Shown here piece by piece: positions 25,433 to 38,729 of a stretch of DNA of 64,000 nucleotides. The stretch is from Podarcis gaigeae (Eukaryota), in the NCBI GenBank assembly GCA_964106915.2, contig OZ066916.1, one strand, 5' to 3'. The notes beneath the pieces were generated by a model. The model had not been told where the DNA came from and did no database searches. It worked only from the letters and a program-made list of their open reading frames with translations. The position numbers were made by a program, and so were the translations under genes. How positions within the stretch are numbered: the stretch's first letter is position 1; the number at the start of each line of letters is the position of its first letter.

Positions 25433-27085
25433 TCAACTTAACTCAAGTTATGGTTCAAGTGGAGATTTGCATATCATACTCCCAGGTTGTAGTCCAACAC
25501 TTTAACCATAACTACTACACCACACTTGAGATAGACCTGAGTTTCATACTAATATGAAAGCTGCTTGTCCTATTCTTGACTGTGAATGTTAAAAGCCACA
25601 GCAGATGCATTCATCCAGGCTAGTGGGCCATCAAGAGGAGTCTTTCCTTCTTCCGCATGTAGGTAAATCCGGCACTTCAAACTATGAAATAAGACTGCAA
25701 ACCAAAGAACACTTACTTGGGAGTAAGTCCCACTGGACTCCTGTGCAGAATAGTGCTATAAGTGTGTTCTCTGGCCAACCAGTTCCCTGTGATTTCCTTC
25801 TTCTCATTCTCATGGTTTTCTGAGCAGACACTTCATAATGGAAAGCAGATGGCAAGCATGTCCCTCTGCTCAGGATGAAAGAAATGTGATAATTATACTT
25901 TGTGCCTCTCACTTACCTTCCACTTTATTGCTGACCTAGTTGGACGCCTTTCTCCAATCGCCTCCTAAGATGTCCCACGGTGTGTGTCTTCGCTCTTCTC
26001 CCTGTCTTACAGTGCACGTTGGTTTTAATATGGACCTTGTGTTGCCTTGCTGGCAACAATCTCACAGCACTCATGGGAGAATTAGTCATACTGAAAACTA
26101 GGTATACACAAGCAGGAATACTGTAGAAGGCAGCGCTTTTTTCCCAGGGGTACTCAGGGGTACACAGTACCAGCACCTCTTTTTTGTTCTTTTCAAAAAG
26201 AAAAACTTCATGGTGAGTACCAGAATCTATTTTTTCTAGGGGGAAAAAAAGCTGTGGTAGCAGATAATTAGAAACATCAGATTTGCAGGGATTGGGGTGA
26301 GGAAGGTCAACAAAATATAATGAGAGATTTTTTCATAGTGCAGATACACTCTAAAACATTAAACATGCAATGACCCTTAAAAATCTGCTATATAGGCAGA
26401 GCATGAGAAAGCTAGAATGACTGTATTGAAATGGTCTAGAGTTCAGCAATTTTCCTATTGTGCTTCCAGTGGCTTTTCTGTTCAGATGCTTAAGAGAATA
26501 ATGGAGATTTTTATGAAGACAGAAGTAAACAGAGAATCTCTAAGACCCACTGCCATTCTTCAAGTCATTTGCAGCCTGAATATGGTCTGGGGATAAAAGG
26601 ATAAGAGAACTGCACTCATTCTCTGAGGCCACAGGATGTTTTCAGACAGACTTTCAAGAACCCCAAATGCAAGTATCTGGAAAAAAACACCTGCTACATC
26701 TGTTAAATGACAACAAGGAGACTTGTGGCACCATGACGCATTATGGCCGGGACTGCCAATATCATGCCTGTGGGTACACAGATATGGCTTTGAGGACTTT
26801 CCCTGGCACCTGTGAAGTCTCTGATGCTCTAGTCCTTAATTTCTCCATTGTCATAAAATGGTGTGGTGACTACCTCCCCCTCCCCCTGCCGCAAAGAAAG
26901 TTCATAGTGTAGTAAGAAGGAAGGAGAGAAAGGAACAGAAAGGAGAAAGGGATTCAGTGATAAGAGATGGCATGGAATAATCTGGGAGAGTTGGGGGGTG
27001 CGCAGAAGGGAGCGATCGGGAGGTAGGTAATCAATTTGGTGTAATCAGCAAACTTGACTGTCTCACTGCTCACCCCACCTCCATG

Positions 27086-27287
27086 AAGGGGCATAGGAAG
27101 GGTAGACGGTGGATGGGAGCCACCCTGGGTGTCATCCCAAAGGGGGTGACAACACCCCCCCGGGGTGGATCGCCTTCATGCCGATCACCCCCCGGGCGAA
27201 TCGCCCCACCCCCTGGATGGATTGTCCTGCCCCCGGGTGCACGGCATGTGCGCTGCTTGGGTGCCTGAGTGGCTAGCTCCACCGCTG
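27086..27287. mobile_element. GC-rich hAT-type MITE
   Basis: TSD cctccatg at 27078-27085 and 27288-27295; degenerate TIRs; related to 37089-37431. Confidence 0.72.
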
Positions 27288-27930
27288 CCTCCATGAATCA
27301 TCATCATCATCACCATCACTTTTAATTTGTATACCGTCTTTCTATCTTACAATACTCAAGGCCGTTTACAAGCTGAAGAAACAAAGAATGTACACCTTAT
27401 CATCATCAGCGTCATCTGTCACCAGCTCTGTCATCAGCGTGGACAGAACGACTAATGGTTAGTGATGAAGGGAGTTGTATTAGGTTGCTGCACCCTTCTC
27501 CCACTGAACCCTTTGAACTGTGTAAGGGGGAAAAACACGTTGAGTTAATGAAATCAGTAGGAACATAGAAAGCTCCCTTTCACAGAGTCATAGGTCCATC
27601 CAGCTCAGTATTGTCTACACAGACTGACAGTGGCTCTCTAGAGTTTCTGGCAGGAGTCTCTGGCAGCCTTACCAGGAGATGCCATGGACGGAACCTGTGA
27701 CCTTTCACCTCCAAAGCAATAATTCTACCTATAGCATGAATCTTATTCTGGATGAGGATCATGTTTCCCTTTTTATGCTTCTATTAACCTTTCCTGTCCT
27801 TTGCTTTTTTCAGAGTACCACAACATTGTGCCTCAGTTTTCATAATGTAAACAAGCTATTCCTTGTTCTTTTTAGTTGGTGCCATTATTGTTAAACTTTG
27901 GTCAAAGAAGTGCACATAAAAGACTCTCTT

Positions 27931-27933
<3 letters not shown>

Positions 27934-27994
<61 letters not shown>
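27934..27994. repeat. (TC)n microsatellite, about 30 units
   Basis: Directly visible. Confidence 0.95.
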
Positions 27995-28001
<7 letters not shown>

Positions 28002-28722
28002 GCTGGGGCTTCCCTTGCTCTGTTTCTCCACCATATATCAAAATTTGATTAAATTAGAAATTTATAGGCTAGCATCCTTGAGCCTTATATCATAATTTAA
28101 GTGCTTCTTAATTCTCAAGCTGCCTAAACCTCTGCTCTTCGATTTATCTACCAGGATCTTTTTTCTGTGAATAATTATCAGATACAAGCGGTGTATAATT
28201 TAAAGGCAAAGTTGAGCAGACAGTCAGGGCTCCTACGATGTTGCCTGAGACCCTGTTGTGCTTTTTAAAGAGTTGTGATTGTGTGAGAACTCATTTTTAA
28301 AAATCTGCTGAGTACTCATCCCTAGCTAGCAGGAACAGTGATCAGGGATGATGGGAACTGTAGTCCCAAAATTGCTGGAGACCCAAGTTTGGGAAACACT
28401 GGTTTAAAGGTATGCATTTGAGCAGGTTTGATAAGACAGGCTTAGGCTTCATTGCAGTTGAAAATAAGGTTAAGCAACAGGCTTCATTGAAGTAGGCAAC
28501 AGGGCTTCATGGAAAAGTTATCCCAGAACATAAGAAGAAATATGTTGCACTAAAGGTCCATCTAGTCTAGTTTCATGTTCTCACAGTGGCCAACCAGTTG
28601 CCTATGGGAAGCCTACAAGCAGAATCTGAGCACAGCAGCCCTCTCCCCACTTGCACTGCCCAACAACTGATAGCCACAGGCCTTATGCTTTTGATCTTGG
28701 AGGCTATATAGGCATCATGATC

Positions 28723-29216
28723 TTGTTGTTGTTGTTGTTTAGTCGTTTAGTCGTGTCCGACTCTTCGTGACCCCATGTACCAGAGCACGCCAGGCACTCC
28801 TGTCTTCCACTGCCTCCTGCAGTTTGGTCAGACTCATGTCTGAGAACACTGTCCAAGCATCTCGTCCTCTGTCGTCCCCTTCTCCTTGTGCCCTCCATCT
28901 TTCCCAACATCAGGGTCTTTTCCAGGGAGTCTTCTCTTATCATGAGGTGGCCAAAGTATTGAAGCCTCAGCTTCACGAACTGTCCTTCCAGTGAGCACTC
29001 AGGGCTGATTTCCTTCAGAATGGATAGGTTTGATCTTCTTGCAGTCCATGGGACTCTCCAGAGTCTCCTCTAGCACCATAATTCAAAAGCATCAATTCTT
29101 CGGCGATCAGCCTTCTTTATGGTCCAGCTCTCACTTCCATACATCACTACTGGGAAAACCATGGCTTTAATTATACGGACCTTTGTTGGCAAGGTTATGT
29201 CTCTGCTTTTTAAGAT
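28723..29216 (-). mobile_element. Bov-B LINE 3' fragment
   Basis: Homologous to the other Bov-B copies; small internal deletion near 28840. Confidence 0.95.
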
Positions 29217-30120
29217 CTTATTCCTCCACAGATTTGTTTATCTGAAGCCATCCAAGTTGGTGGCCATCACTATGTCTTGTGAATTCCATAACTATGTGCT
29301 GTATGAAAAAGCACTTCCTTTGTCAGACCTGATGAGAGGGAATTCAGTATGAGGACAGGGGGAAACTTCTATCTGCTTTCTGCACACACATCATGCTGCC
29401 TCTCTAGCTATTGTGGAAGAGGGTGACATATATGCTTTGTTTGCTTTCGGAAAGAACTTGGCTGGACAAACTCCAGTGAATGTGTGGGGTGTTGGTGTTG
29501 AATCTACCAGCCTTAGCTTTTTAACGGGAAACAAAATATATGGTAGAATCAGAGATGTATTGAACATTATTGCTAACAGTTACAGCTAGTAATATTTATG
29601 TTATTTCTAATAGTTGTAACTCCAGTAAAAATTCCCACAGACATCTTGCTTGAGTAGAACCGACCACATTTGCTACTAAATATATTTTAGGTGAAATTCA
29701 TGGCAATGCTAGAAGAAAGGAAAAGGCTGAGATTTGGGGGCTCATTTTCCATGATATCTTCAAGTGTTTAATTATGCACTTCAGAAAATGATGCTCAAAT
29801 TGGCTTGAAGCAATGGGGCGGCACATTGTCAGTATTAATTGAAAACTGAATACATTTTCAAGCTGGTTTCAATTAGAACACAGTAAACAAACAATCTGTT
29901 TTGATTTTACTTTATTAGAGATGAAAGTTATGCCTAGGTTCATGATTTAATTTTTTTAAAAACACACAAAGAATCTCAGTTACACACCCACCCACTGTTC
30001 CTTTGCACCATTTTCTTAGTTTAATCACCTGGTATAATTATTAAATATATATAATCCTATAAATGTGGTAATATGCATTTCATTTTAATGATAGGTCTCC
30101 GTTTTGAAATTAGTTTTCAT

Positions 30121-30352
30121 TTGTTGTTGCTGTTTAGTCATTTAGTCATGTCCGACTCTTCGTGACCCCATGCATGCTAGGCACTCCTGTCTTCCACTGC
30201 CTCCCGCAGTTTGGTCAAACTCATGCTGGTAGCTTCGAGAACACTGTCCAACCATCTTGTCCTCTGTCATCCGCTTCTCCTTGTGCCCTCCATCTTTCCC
30301 AACATCAGGGTCTTTTCCAGAGAGTCTTCTCTTCTCATGAGGTGGCCAAAGT
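30121..30352 (-). mobile_element. Bov-B LINE 3' fragment
   Basis: Homologous to the other Bov-B copies; shortest one. Confidence 0.93.
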
Positions 30353-31111
30353 TATTGTTTGGGGATGTACAACCACCCAACCCTCCGCTCCCTTGCTTCT
30401 TTTTAATCTAGGATTTTACTTTGATAAGAAAATAAATGTAAAGGTCAATAAAATATAAGTCTGAAATACAGTAGATTCCTTCTCCCATAGCCTTGGAAAT
30501 CAAGCAGAAATCAAGCATGTCTCTCTCTCTTTGGGGCTTCAGCCTGCAGCCTCTACTTCCAGCTTTTACCTCTCACACACCTCAACTCTGACTTTAGTTC
30601 TTCACTAAACATTTTAGCAACATGGGGCAGGATGACCCCAGTAGTGTAAGACCTTGGTGAGGAAGGCTAAGTCACTGATGTGATGCTCTTCAACAGTTCT
30701 GTATGGGCCTCTAACTTATTGCTTTATGATTGATTTGACATTTTTATATGACAGCCTTCGATGCCTATTCCAGGGTAGTTTATTTTTTAAAAAACAAACC
30801 ATTAAAGCAAAGTAAACAACAACAATCAATACAGCAGCCCATGAAATAGTAGTGCTTAGAAACTCATTAAATGTTTTATGGCCTGCGGAAATAAAAAGAA
30901 CTTTTTCTTCGGCCAAAAAGGCATCAATGTAGCATAGGAATGTATTTTAGTCATCCTGAATATACGAGTATATTGAGTGTGGATGGGCACATACAGGGCC
31001 CTAGTTATTGATGAGTCCTACAAACTTTGCCCACAGAGGACAAAGTGGACCATGACATAATGCCTACTGTCTGAATTGAAAAGCAGAGTCAGATTCAAAA
31101 CTAAAAGCATA

Positions 31112-31715
31112 GACTACAGTGCAGTAAAAGCACTGGAGATGATACAGGAATTCGGACAGGTAGCAGGATTTAAGCTAAATAAGAGCAAAACCAAAGTTTT
31201 AGAGAAAAATCTGGATATTGAGGAAAGGAAATTATTACAAGAAAAGACAGGCCTAGTTTTTGTGAAAAAAGTTAAATATCTGGGGGTTAATTTGTCGGGG
31301 GGAAATTTGAATTTATATAAAGATAATTATGAGAAATTATGGAATGAAATTAGGAGGAGTACCAGGACGATTGGATGAAATTCAAAGACTATTTAGTTAA
31401 ATATGCTAAGATAATTTAATTGGAAAAACTTGCAAATACCAGATAGGCTTAGGATTTAAATATGTGACGCTAGAAAATAAAATGTTTAAAGTTAAAATGA
31501 AAAGGAAGAAAGATGTTAAGTGACTAAGTTAATTTTGTGAGAAAATTGGGTTTGGAAAACTGTTACAATGATATACAATGAAACTCAGCCAGGGGGATTT
31601 GAGGAAGTCATTTAACAATGTTACTAAGATTGGATTAAGTACAGTTAAGATCTATGTTTGTTTGTTTAAAATTTTGGAAAATGAATTATTTTTTTTTGAA
31701 AAAACAAAAAAAAAC
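31112..31715 (+). mobile_element. L1-clade LINE, 5'-truncated and internally deleted
   Basis: IQEFGQVAGFKLNKSKTK...VKYLGVNL...YKDNYEKLWNEI is the end of the L1 RT domain; A-rich tail 31699-31714; TSD ctaaaagcata at 31101-31111 and 31716-31726. Confidence 0.87.
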
Positions 31716-33529
31716 CTAAAAGCATATGGGATTTATTCAAGATACACAGCCACACAGAAAACAATGGGGATATAGAGAATATGGAAGTAGAGATTTAAAA
31801 CTGCTCCTCAGTAACTACTGTATTGTATTATCAAGAAGGAGACATTTGATTTTAAGCAGGACCTACTGTGTTCACAATACAATCTTGTGAACTTGATATG
31901 GAACCTAGTCTGGATGAGTTTCTTGTTCTACAGCATAAATAAAATGGTGAGCAATATGCTTTCTCGCTCCTCGAAACCTCAGCCTACTAGTCACAAAAAA
32001 AAACCATCAACCCACTGAACAAAGGATGCAAAATTCTTATTGTGAGTCCTATCTAAGGAGCTATTTTAGAGGGGAGCATCATTCTTCAAGTTTATAGAAA
32101 GTGGTGGTTTAGAAGCACTAGAATGAGCACCACAGAATCCATTTAACCAATAGCAAGGAATATATATTAGGATCAGTCCAAAGGCCAATCTAGCTGAATA
32201 TCTTGCTCTCACTGTGGGTAACTCTCCCCACTTGTAATTCCCAGAAACATAGTGCCTCTAACAACAGTTAAGTTAGAACATAGTCAGTGGTAGCCAGCAT
32301 TTTCCTCCACGAATTTGTCTAACCATCATTTAAAGCCATCCAAGTTGGGGGCCGTCACAACATCTTGAAGGAGCAAATTCCATAATTTAATAATGTACTG
32401 TGTGAGTAAGTCCTTTATTTTATCTGCCCTGAATCTTTCAATATTCCCCTTCATTGGATGGCCACAATTCCAGTATTATGAAAGGGGCAGAAAAGTGAAT
32501 AGGTCTACAGTCTCTACCTAAAGGGCACAGATTGTATACAGTCTACACTGGGTGGAAAGAGCTTTACAAAGAAAATGGACTGTAAGGGACAGGAAAGAGA
32601 AGAATAAACAAGTTGTGAGTATGTGGTAGAGGAACAAGACTATCTAGGAGAAAAAGTTGCAGCAAAGAGGAGATTGTACTAAGCCAGAAAATGAATTTGC
32701 AAACAGTGGCGATCATCACAAAGAAAGCCACCCAATGTTTGGATGAGTGGTGACTGATCACTCAGTATTTTCTAATATGTATGAGCCAACTTGAACTGGA
32801 AGCAAGTGACAAACCTCTCTTGTTACAAATCAAAGGAACAAATCAAGGGCAGGAACATCTTCTGCTTCTTTGCCTCAAAATGTTCTACTAAACTCATGGA
32901 GAGAATGCAGGATTTTGAGCACGGCAAAAATGCAGGAAATGGTTCTTCTTTTATTCTTAAGCAGCCTGTGACCTTCAGCACCCGCAAAGAACAAAGAGGG
33001 AGGTTTTCTAACCACTTTGATAGCAGTGTTCACTTTGGAAGAGATTGTATTGAACCAGTGTAATAAAAGATCTTGCCAGAGAAATAATTCCTGGGTGTTC
33101 ATATACTGTCTTGGGGAAACTGTCCAAAACATAAAATGAGTCAAGAAAAGGCCTGTTGGTTTCTGTTTCAGTTCATCTCCTCTGTGTCCATTGAACTATG
33201 GTTTATTAAATCATGGCTTAGCATTGTGTGTGAATCCTCCCCACACCTTAACCATGTGGTTTTTTTACCCTCAGAAAACTACTATCTGAAGCTATGGTTT
33301 GTTATTGGCTTATGGACTTTCATTTGTTTTAACTATGGCTTGATATTATATGCAAGCACAACATCCTTATCCATGGTTTGTTTGACCACCCCACCTCAGA
33401 TGGTTACCATGGCAAGACCACTTAAAGAAAATAAGAAAAACGTGGATGAAGCAAGCCATGGTTTATCTTATCATTCATGGGACAACTTGTGATAACTTGT
33501 GGGTTGCTTAACAAACAATGACTTAGGAT

Positions 33530-33691
33530 CAGTGCTTTCTTCTGGGGTACGCAGGGGTATGCATACCCCTAAACATTTTGTGAATCTTTGTCCTTTTGTC
33601 CTTTTACTGTATTTATTTTTCCCAATTTGAACTATAAAATGGTGATTTTTTAGCCAAAATGAGGGACATTTTAAGAAAAAAAAGAGCACTG
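33530..33691. mobile_element. hAT-type MITE (CAGTGCTT...AGCACTG)
   Basis: TIRs plus TSD cttaggat/cttagaat; shares tacccctaaacattttgtgaatct with 47468-47617. Confidence 0.8.
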
Positions 33692-34149
33692 CTTAGAATT
33701 ATGTGCAAAGGAGATCTAATGTGGTCTAATGCCCCTTGTACAATCTTGTCAAAACTAAGTACTTTAGTTTAAGCCTTCTCAGGGCTTCTGAAATCAGATC
33801 TATTATCAGCATGTACCAGATGAGAAAGGTTCCATAATACTTCCATAATACAGGGAATCTGGAGAAGGAATGTAAAGTTAGAAGAAAAGAATTTGCTACC
33901 ATCTGCTCTTATGAATGCCTTTTGAGGTGGCTATTCTTGGGTCCCAGACACAAATTGGATGATGAATGTTAGAAGCATCACAATCTCATCCTGCCTACAC
34001 ACACCATTCTGAATTCCTTTCATTGGGGAAAAAGTGGTTTCACAGTTATTGTTTTCTTTAAGGCTACCTAGGCACACTAACTGAATACTAGTCTCCTCAT
34101 ACATTTATAATCAAATTTGAGAACACTCTCAAATTCTGAATCCTATAAG

Positions 34150-34634
34150 CCAGAACAGCAAGAGGGATCTGCCTTCTGGCATACCGTGTGGCTGTTCTAG
34201 CTTCTGGGATAACCATGCCAAGCCTCTTCAGGGCAGTGGGATGAAGGCTCTCCCTGCCCGAAGAGGCTGCGCACGGCTAAGGCAGAAGCCAGGATAGGCG
34301 CGTCGCCCCTTCAGCGAAGCTGGAGAAGGAACAGAAGGAGAACCTTCTGTTCTTCCTCCGGCTTTCAGGACAGCCACGTCGCTGAAGGGGTGCTGCGCAG
34401 TTCTCCCTCTCCCTTCGCAGGAGAGGTGCTGCGCAGAGAGGGAGAGCTGCGCAGTGCCCCTTGAGCGAAGCGGGAGGAGGAACAGAAGGGGCTCCGTTCC
34501 CCCTCCCGCTTTGCTGAAGGGGCGCTGCGCAGCTCTACCTATCTGCGCAGCGCTCTTTGCTCCACAAGACGCACTCATATTTCCCCTTACTTTTTAGGAG
34601 GAAAAAAGTGTGTCTTATGGAGCGAAAAATACAG
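34150..34634. mobile_element. Tc1/mariner-superfamily non-autonomous element, right part, GC-rich interior
   Basis: Ends gtcttatggagcgaaaaatacag-TA, a terminus resembling that of 50591-50726; CpG-rich internal repeats (gctgcgcag); left TIR not found, so the left boundary is approximate. Confidence 0.6.
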
Positions 34635-34884
34635 TAATTTTTTAATCACACACTGTGCAGACATACTTGCAGAGATATGGAGTGTTGTTATAGAGATTTT
34701 TGAATGAGAATGACTCAAAGAAAGATGAACAAGGAAGAAAAGGTGGCGTCTCCACTTCCATGGTGCTTCTTTGCTATGCTTATATTTGAATGAGTTGCAT
34801 GATGGGTGGTGGGGTTTTTTGTTTTTGTTTTGCAATCCCTATTAATTACAGTGATCAGAGAAAGTTATTGTGAACTCTGCAAAG

Positions 34885-34890
<6 letters not shown>

Positions 34891-34934
<44 letters not shown>
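34891..34934. repeat. (AG)n microsatellite
   Basis: Directly visible. Confidence 0.95.
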
Positions 34935-34938
<4 letters not shown>

Positions 34939-37088
34939 CGTTTCAGCTGTCAGTAGTGAAACTAGCAAATTGTTTGCTAGGGGAATAGCCTGGGGGGAAA
35001 TACGATGCCTAATTAAGAGGTTCTTATTGAAGGGATTGTGAGCATTTTTGCTTCATCAGCAAGGTATCAGCACTATCTTTGGAACCATAATCAAAACTGT
35101 GCTCATTAGCACCCATCTTTTACACTTTCTGAACTGCTTTAGATTTCAAAGAAAAATTCTACTGATGCGTCTCAAACAAGGCTAACCGTTTGGAAGGTTT
35201 GCATCTGAAGAAATACTCCAGAGACCAGGACCTACTTCTCGCTTAGGTGGTAAAACCTGTGTACGGGCTTTATTATTTCACACCAAATAGAAATTGTACA
35301 TGTAGAAAACTAGCTTGGGGAAAAACAATAGCTCATTAGTAGTGTCCTGCTTTATAGAGGACACTCCTCTATTTGAGGGCATCCTCTGTCTCAGGTGTGG
35401 GGAACCGTGACCCTCCAGGCATTACTGAACTACAATTCCCTTCAGCCCCAGCAAGCATGAGCAAAGGACCCCAGAAGACCAAAACTTCCTCACACAGTCC
35501 AATTCCAGGCTCAAGATAAAGTCTTGATTGCAAATTGGTTGGGGAAGATAAGAAGGCAGAGTGGGCAACCTTGAAGTTGCTCATCAACTTGAAGTTAGGA
35601 GCTGGACAGTAGGCTGAGCAGGCATACAGGTTATCCGGTCACAATATTGATCTCTGCTATGGTGAGATGTATTGCATTTCTACTTAATTACTTCCTAATT
35701 TGCATTTATGAATATAAATCAGCACATGCAAATCTGTGTCCACCTTTTGGTGATGCCTTTCCTCTTTCTTGGCAATGCATGAATAGCTGTCCTACTCTAT
35801 GGCAGAGCCAGGAGTGGAATTAGCAATTCAAATTGTACCATACATTCTGAGAGCAAGTGTAGCAGCTAAGCACCAAAGTTAAGCCTGCACTCATCTATGG
35901 TGGCTTTAGCAGTTTAATCTTTTGTCTTCCCATACAATCCCTGCTAAGAAATTCTGGTTGTTGGGACTGCCCCCTCACTGGCATCCGGGCACTGAAGAGT
36001 ATGGAGGCTCACCACAAGGCAGTGGGTTCCTTTTGAGGTCAGCCCCAAAGGAAAACACCACAAGATCCCCTTTGAGTTGTAAAATATGGGAAGACATGAG
36101 GGTGAGGGCACCATTGCCTTGTGGGATTTGCCACAGATAAGAAAGGGAGTGTGTCACACAGGTGAGAAGCAAGAGAATGGAGGTGCGGTCCTAAGTGAGA
36201 AACAGGCCCACCAGGTATCTCCCCTGTTCTAGGGGAAAGATGGGAGAATTGTTATGAGGAGGCCACCTTGGGGAGAGGAAGGTGAAATTGACCTGTTCAC
36301 CAAATAGGCATGGCCCCTGAGCAGGAACCTCCAAATTCACCAAGATTCTATTTGGTGAAAACAAGCAGTGCCCCAAATGGAACCACCCAATATCCCACAA
36401 GCCAATATTGTTCTGGTTTTGACCTATGCAGCCCTAAAGGTTGTCTGGGTCATTGATATTATGGAATAAAAGATGCCTCATAAAATCAAGAACATCTTGA
36501 AGGGGTGGGTGGGTGAAGACCTGGTGAGACGTGATGGAGGCCTGGTGAGCCAGGCCGAACATTTGCTGAAAACATTTTTTTAAAATAAAACCATCTTTCC
36601 GCACGTCAGAGACAAGAGGAAGGCTGCCAGTTCTAGTTATGCCATAATTTAGTTATGGCTCTGGGGGCTGACACTAAAAAGAACACGTTGCCAGTTTATT
36701 GACTACAGCTATTTTCCACCTCGCATAGCTCTACTTTAGTTTGATTTGTGTCTGTGATTCGAGCAATAGGTTCCTTCGGACAGCTCTGGAAAGAGGAAAA
36801 TAATGAGGTTTCCTTGGGGAATATTTCCGAATCAGTGTGTGCTAGGAAAAGGAAATCTTGCTCCTACTTACGAGGTGATGCCAGTGTTTTGGAGCACTTG
36901 CAGACTATGTGTGACAAAGGAACGGGAGTTTTAATAGGGCTGTTCAGAGTAAGACTCCAATGACAGATTCCTGGCATACATTTCAGGAATGTATTGCTTA
37001 CAAAAGAATTCAGTGCAGGCATTTTATTCTTTCTTTCTTTCCTTCTTTACTTTTTTTTTTACTAAGGCTCTTTCACCTCTTTGACAAG

Positions 37089-37431
37089 CAGTGGCAGAGG
37101 AAACTGCTTGGGCTCCTGGGGCGGCGAGCCCAGGGGTGGGTGAGCCGCCTATAGAGGTGGGGCGAGCCACACATAGGGGCAGGGTGCACCGCAGAGCCTC
37201 TGGAGCCTGCCTGCCTCCTCCCACTCAGCCACCCTACCCTGGGGGAGGAGGCAGCGGTCAGATCGTTTGAGCAGCACGGAGCCTGCATGAACCCAAGCCA
37301 CGGCCAGGAGAGGCGCGTGGCTCAGGCGCGCTGCAGGCCCTGCGGTGAGTGCCCCCCGGCATTTTGTCACCCCCCTCAGTGGTGACACCTGAGGCAGACC
37401 ATTCCCACCGCACCTCCCTTCCTCCATCCCA
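37089..37431. mobile_element. GC-rich hAT-type MITE
   Basis: Starts CAGTGGC; perfect 8-bp TSD ttgacaag at 37081-37088 and 37432-37439; right TIR decayed. Confidence 0.75.
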
Positions 37432-37593
37432 TTGACAAGGTCCCAGCTAATGGATCCTTTGCATGCAAAGTGTAATTGGTTTTTTAAAAAAGGAACCACA
37501 TCTGACAATGTCAGAAAAATATCACTTTTCAGAAATACTTATGATCTTGATCGAAAGGCTCTATCATTTGGCAGTCACACTTACAGGTTAAAA

Positions 37594-37729
37594 CAGGCAC
37601 CCCCAAACTCGGCCCTCCAGATGTTTTGGGACTACAATTCCCAACGTCCCTAGCTAACAGGACCAGTGGTCAGGGATGATGGGAATTGCAGTTCCAAAAC
37701 ATCTGGAGGGCTGAGTTTGGGAATGTCCT
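37594..37729. mobile_element. Palindromic hAT (Charlie-like) MITE
   Basis: Long imperfect hairpin (cccaaactcggccctccagatgttttgg ... ccaaaacatctggagggctgagtttggg); relatives at about 28315-28402, 35392-35490, 37940-38048, 41951-42070 and 50177-50265. Confidence 0.75.
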
Positions 37730-38495
37730 TAATATTCCTTTACTTACCACCCCTTTCCTTGGTAACTGACATGTTCAGTTATAGAGGAGGCTACTACGCA
37801 AACACAACACATTCATTCCACTCATCCATCCCATTTTCTGGGAATACTTTCCCGTTCCAAAATGGCACGGGGCTGGAAAGATAAAAGGAGAAGGCACCAA
37901 GCAGAGAGCTGTTCTCAGATGTTAATCTCTCTTGTTGATCTATCTAGATGTTGCTGGACTCCAATGGTCCAACAACCAACCAATGGTCAGGGATGATGGG
38001 AGTGGTAGTTCAGAAACATCTGGAGAGTCACTGGTTCCCCAGCCCTGGTATACAGCATGCAATAACTTCCTCCAGTATATTTTCTCAGCAAAGTGAGTGA
38101 CTTCAGATAAGGGGGAAATAAGCAAAGGAAGAATAGCTTCAAAATAGTACTAAGAAGTTCATCTTTACCACATACTTACTAAAAACCTGAACTGCATTTC
38201 AGCTGAGGCCAGTCAAAGGCACTGAAAAAACAAGCAAATAAACTGAAACACAAGTGATAATGGACATTGGCATACCTTTTAACTGGACAATATGATAAAA
38301 TAAATGCATTATACACATTAACGCTAATCATAACGCAAACTAATGCCATACAAAATAAATCTGTTGTACATTACAATATATGCCCCTTTTTGAGGTTATA
38401 CTTTTTAGTTACTTTTCACTTGCAATAGTCTACTTATTTAGAACAAAAAAAATTCCTTCCAGTAGCACCTTAAAGACCAACTAAGTTAGTTCTTG

Positions 38496-38533
38496 GTATG
38501 AGCTTTCGTGTGCATGCACACTTCTTCAGATAC
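38496..38533 (-). ncRNA. Second, identical hammerhead motif on the opposite strand (inverted arm)
   Basis: Exact reverse complement of 38692-38729. Confidence 0.78.
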
Positions 38534-38604
38534 ACTGAAGAAGTCTTCCTGTAAGACCTATTGCAGTCGTTAAGAGTCGTCAACAGGCTCATCACAGCTA
38601 TCTG

Positions 38605-38691
38605 CCAATCACCCATTCCCACCACCCTTCTGAGTAATACCCCTCCCCACCTTCTCACTATATAGAAGGGTCTGGAAACTTCTGTTTCAGT
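38605..38691 (+). promoter_or_regulatory. Putative Pol II core promoter in the Penelope pLTR
   Basis: CCAAT 38605-38609, C-rich Sp/KLF-like box 38640-38651, TATATAG 38659-38665 and Inr-like TCAGT 38687-38691 (A at 38689, 30 nt after the TATA start). Confidence 0.5.
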
Positions 38692-38729
38692 GTATCTGAA
38701 GAAGTGTGCATGCACACGAAAGCTCATAC
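38692..38729 (+). ncRNA. Minimal type I hammerhead ribozyme motif in Penelope pLTR
   Basis: GTAT (stem I) - CTGAAGA (CUGANGA core) - A - GTGTG CATG CACAC (stem II) - GAAA - GC - TC (cleavage after C38725) - ATAC (stem I'). Stem III is reduced to the palindrome AGCT. Confidence 0.8.

Noticed and set aside
34150-37431. GC-rich patches at 34.2-34.6 kb and 37.1-37.4 kb as CpG-island promoters
   Set aside because: They coincide with DNA-transposon remnants showing a terminus or TSD.
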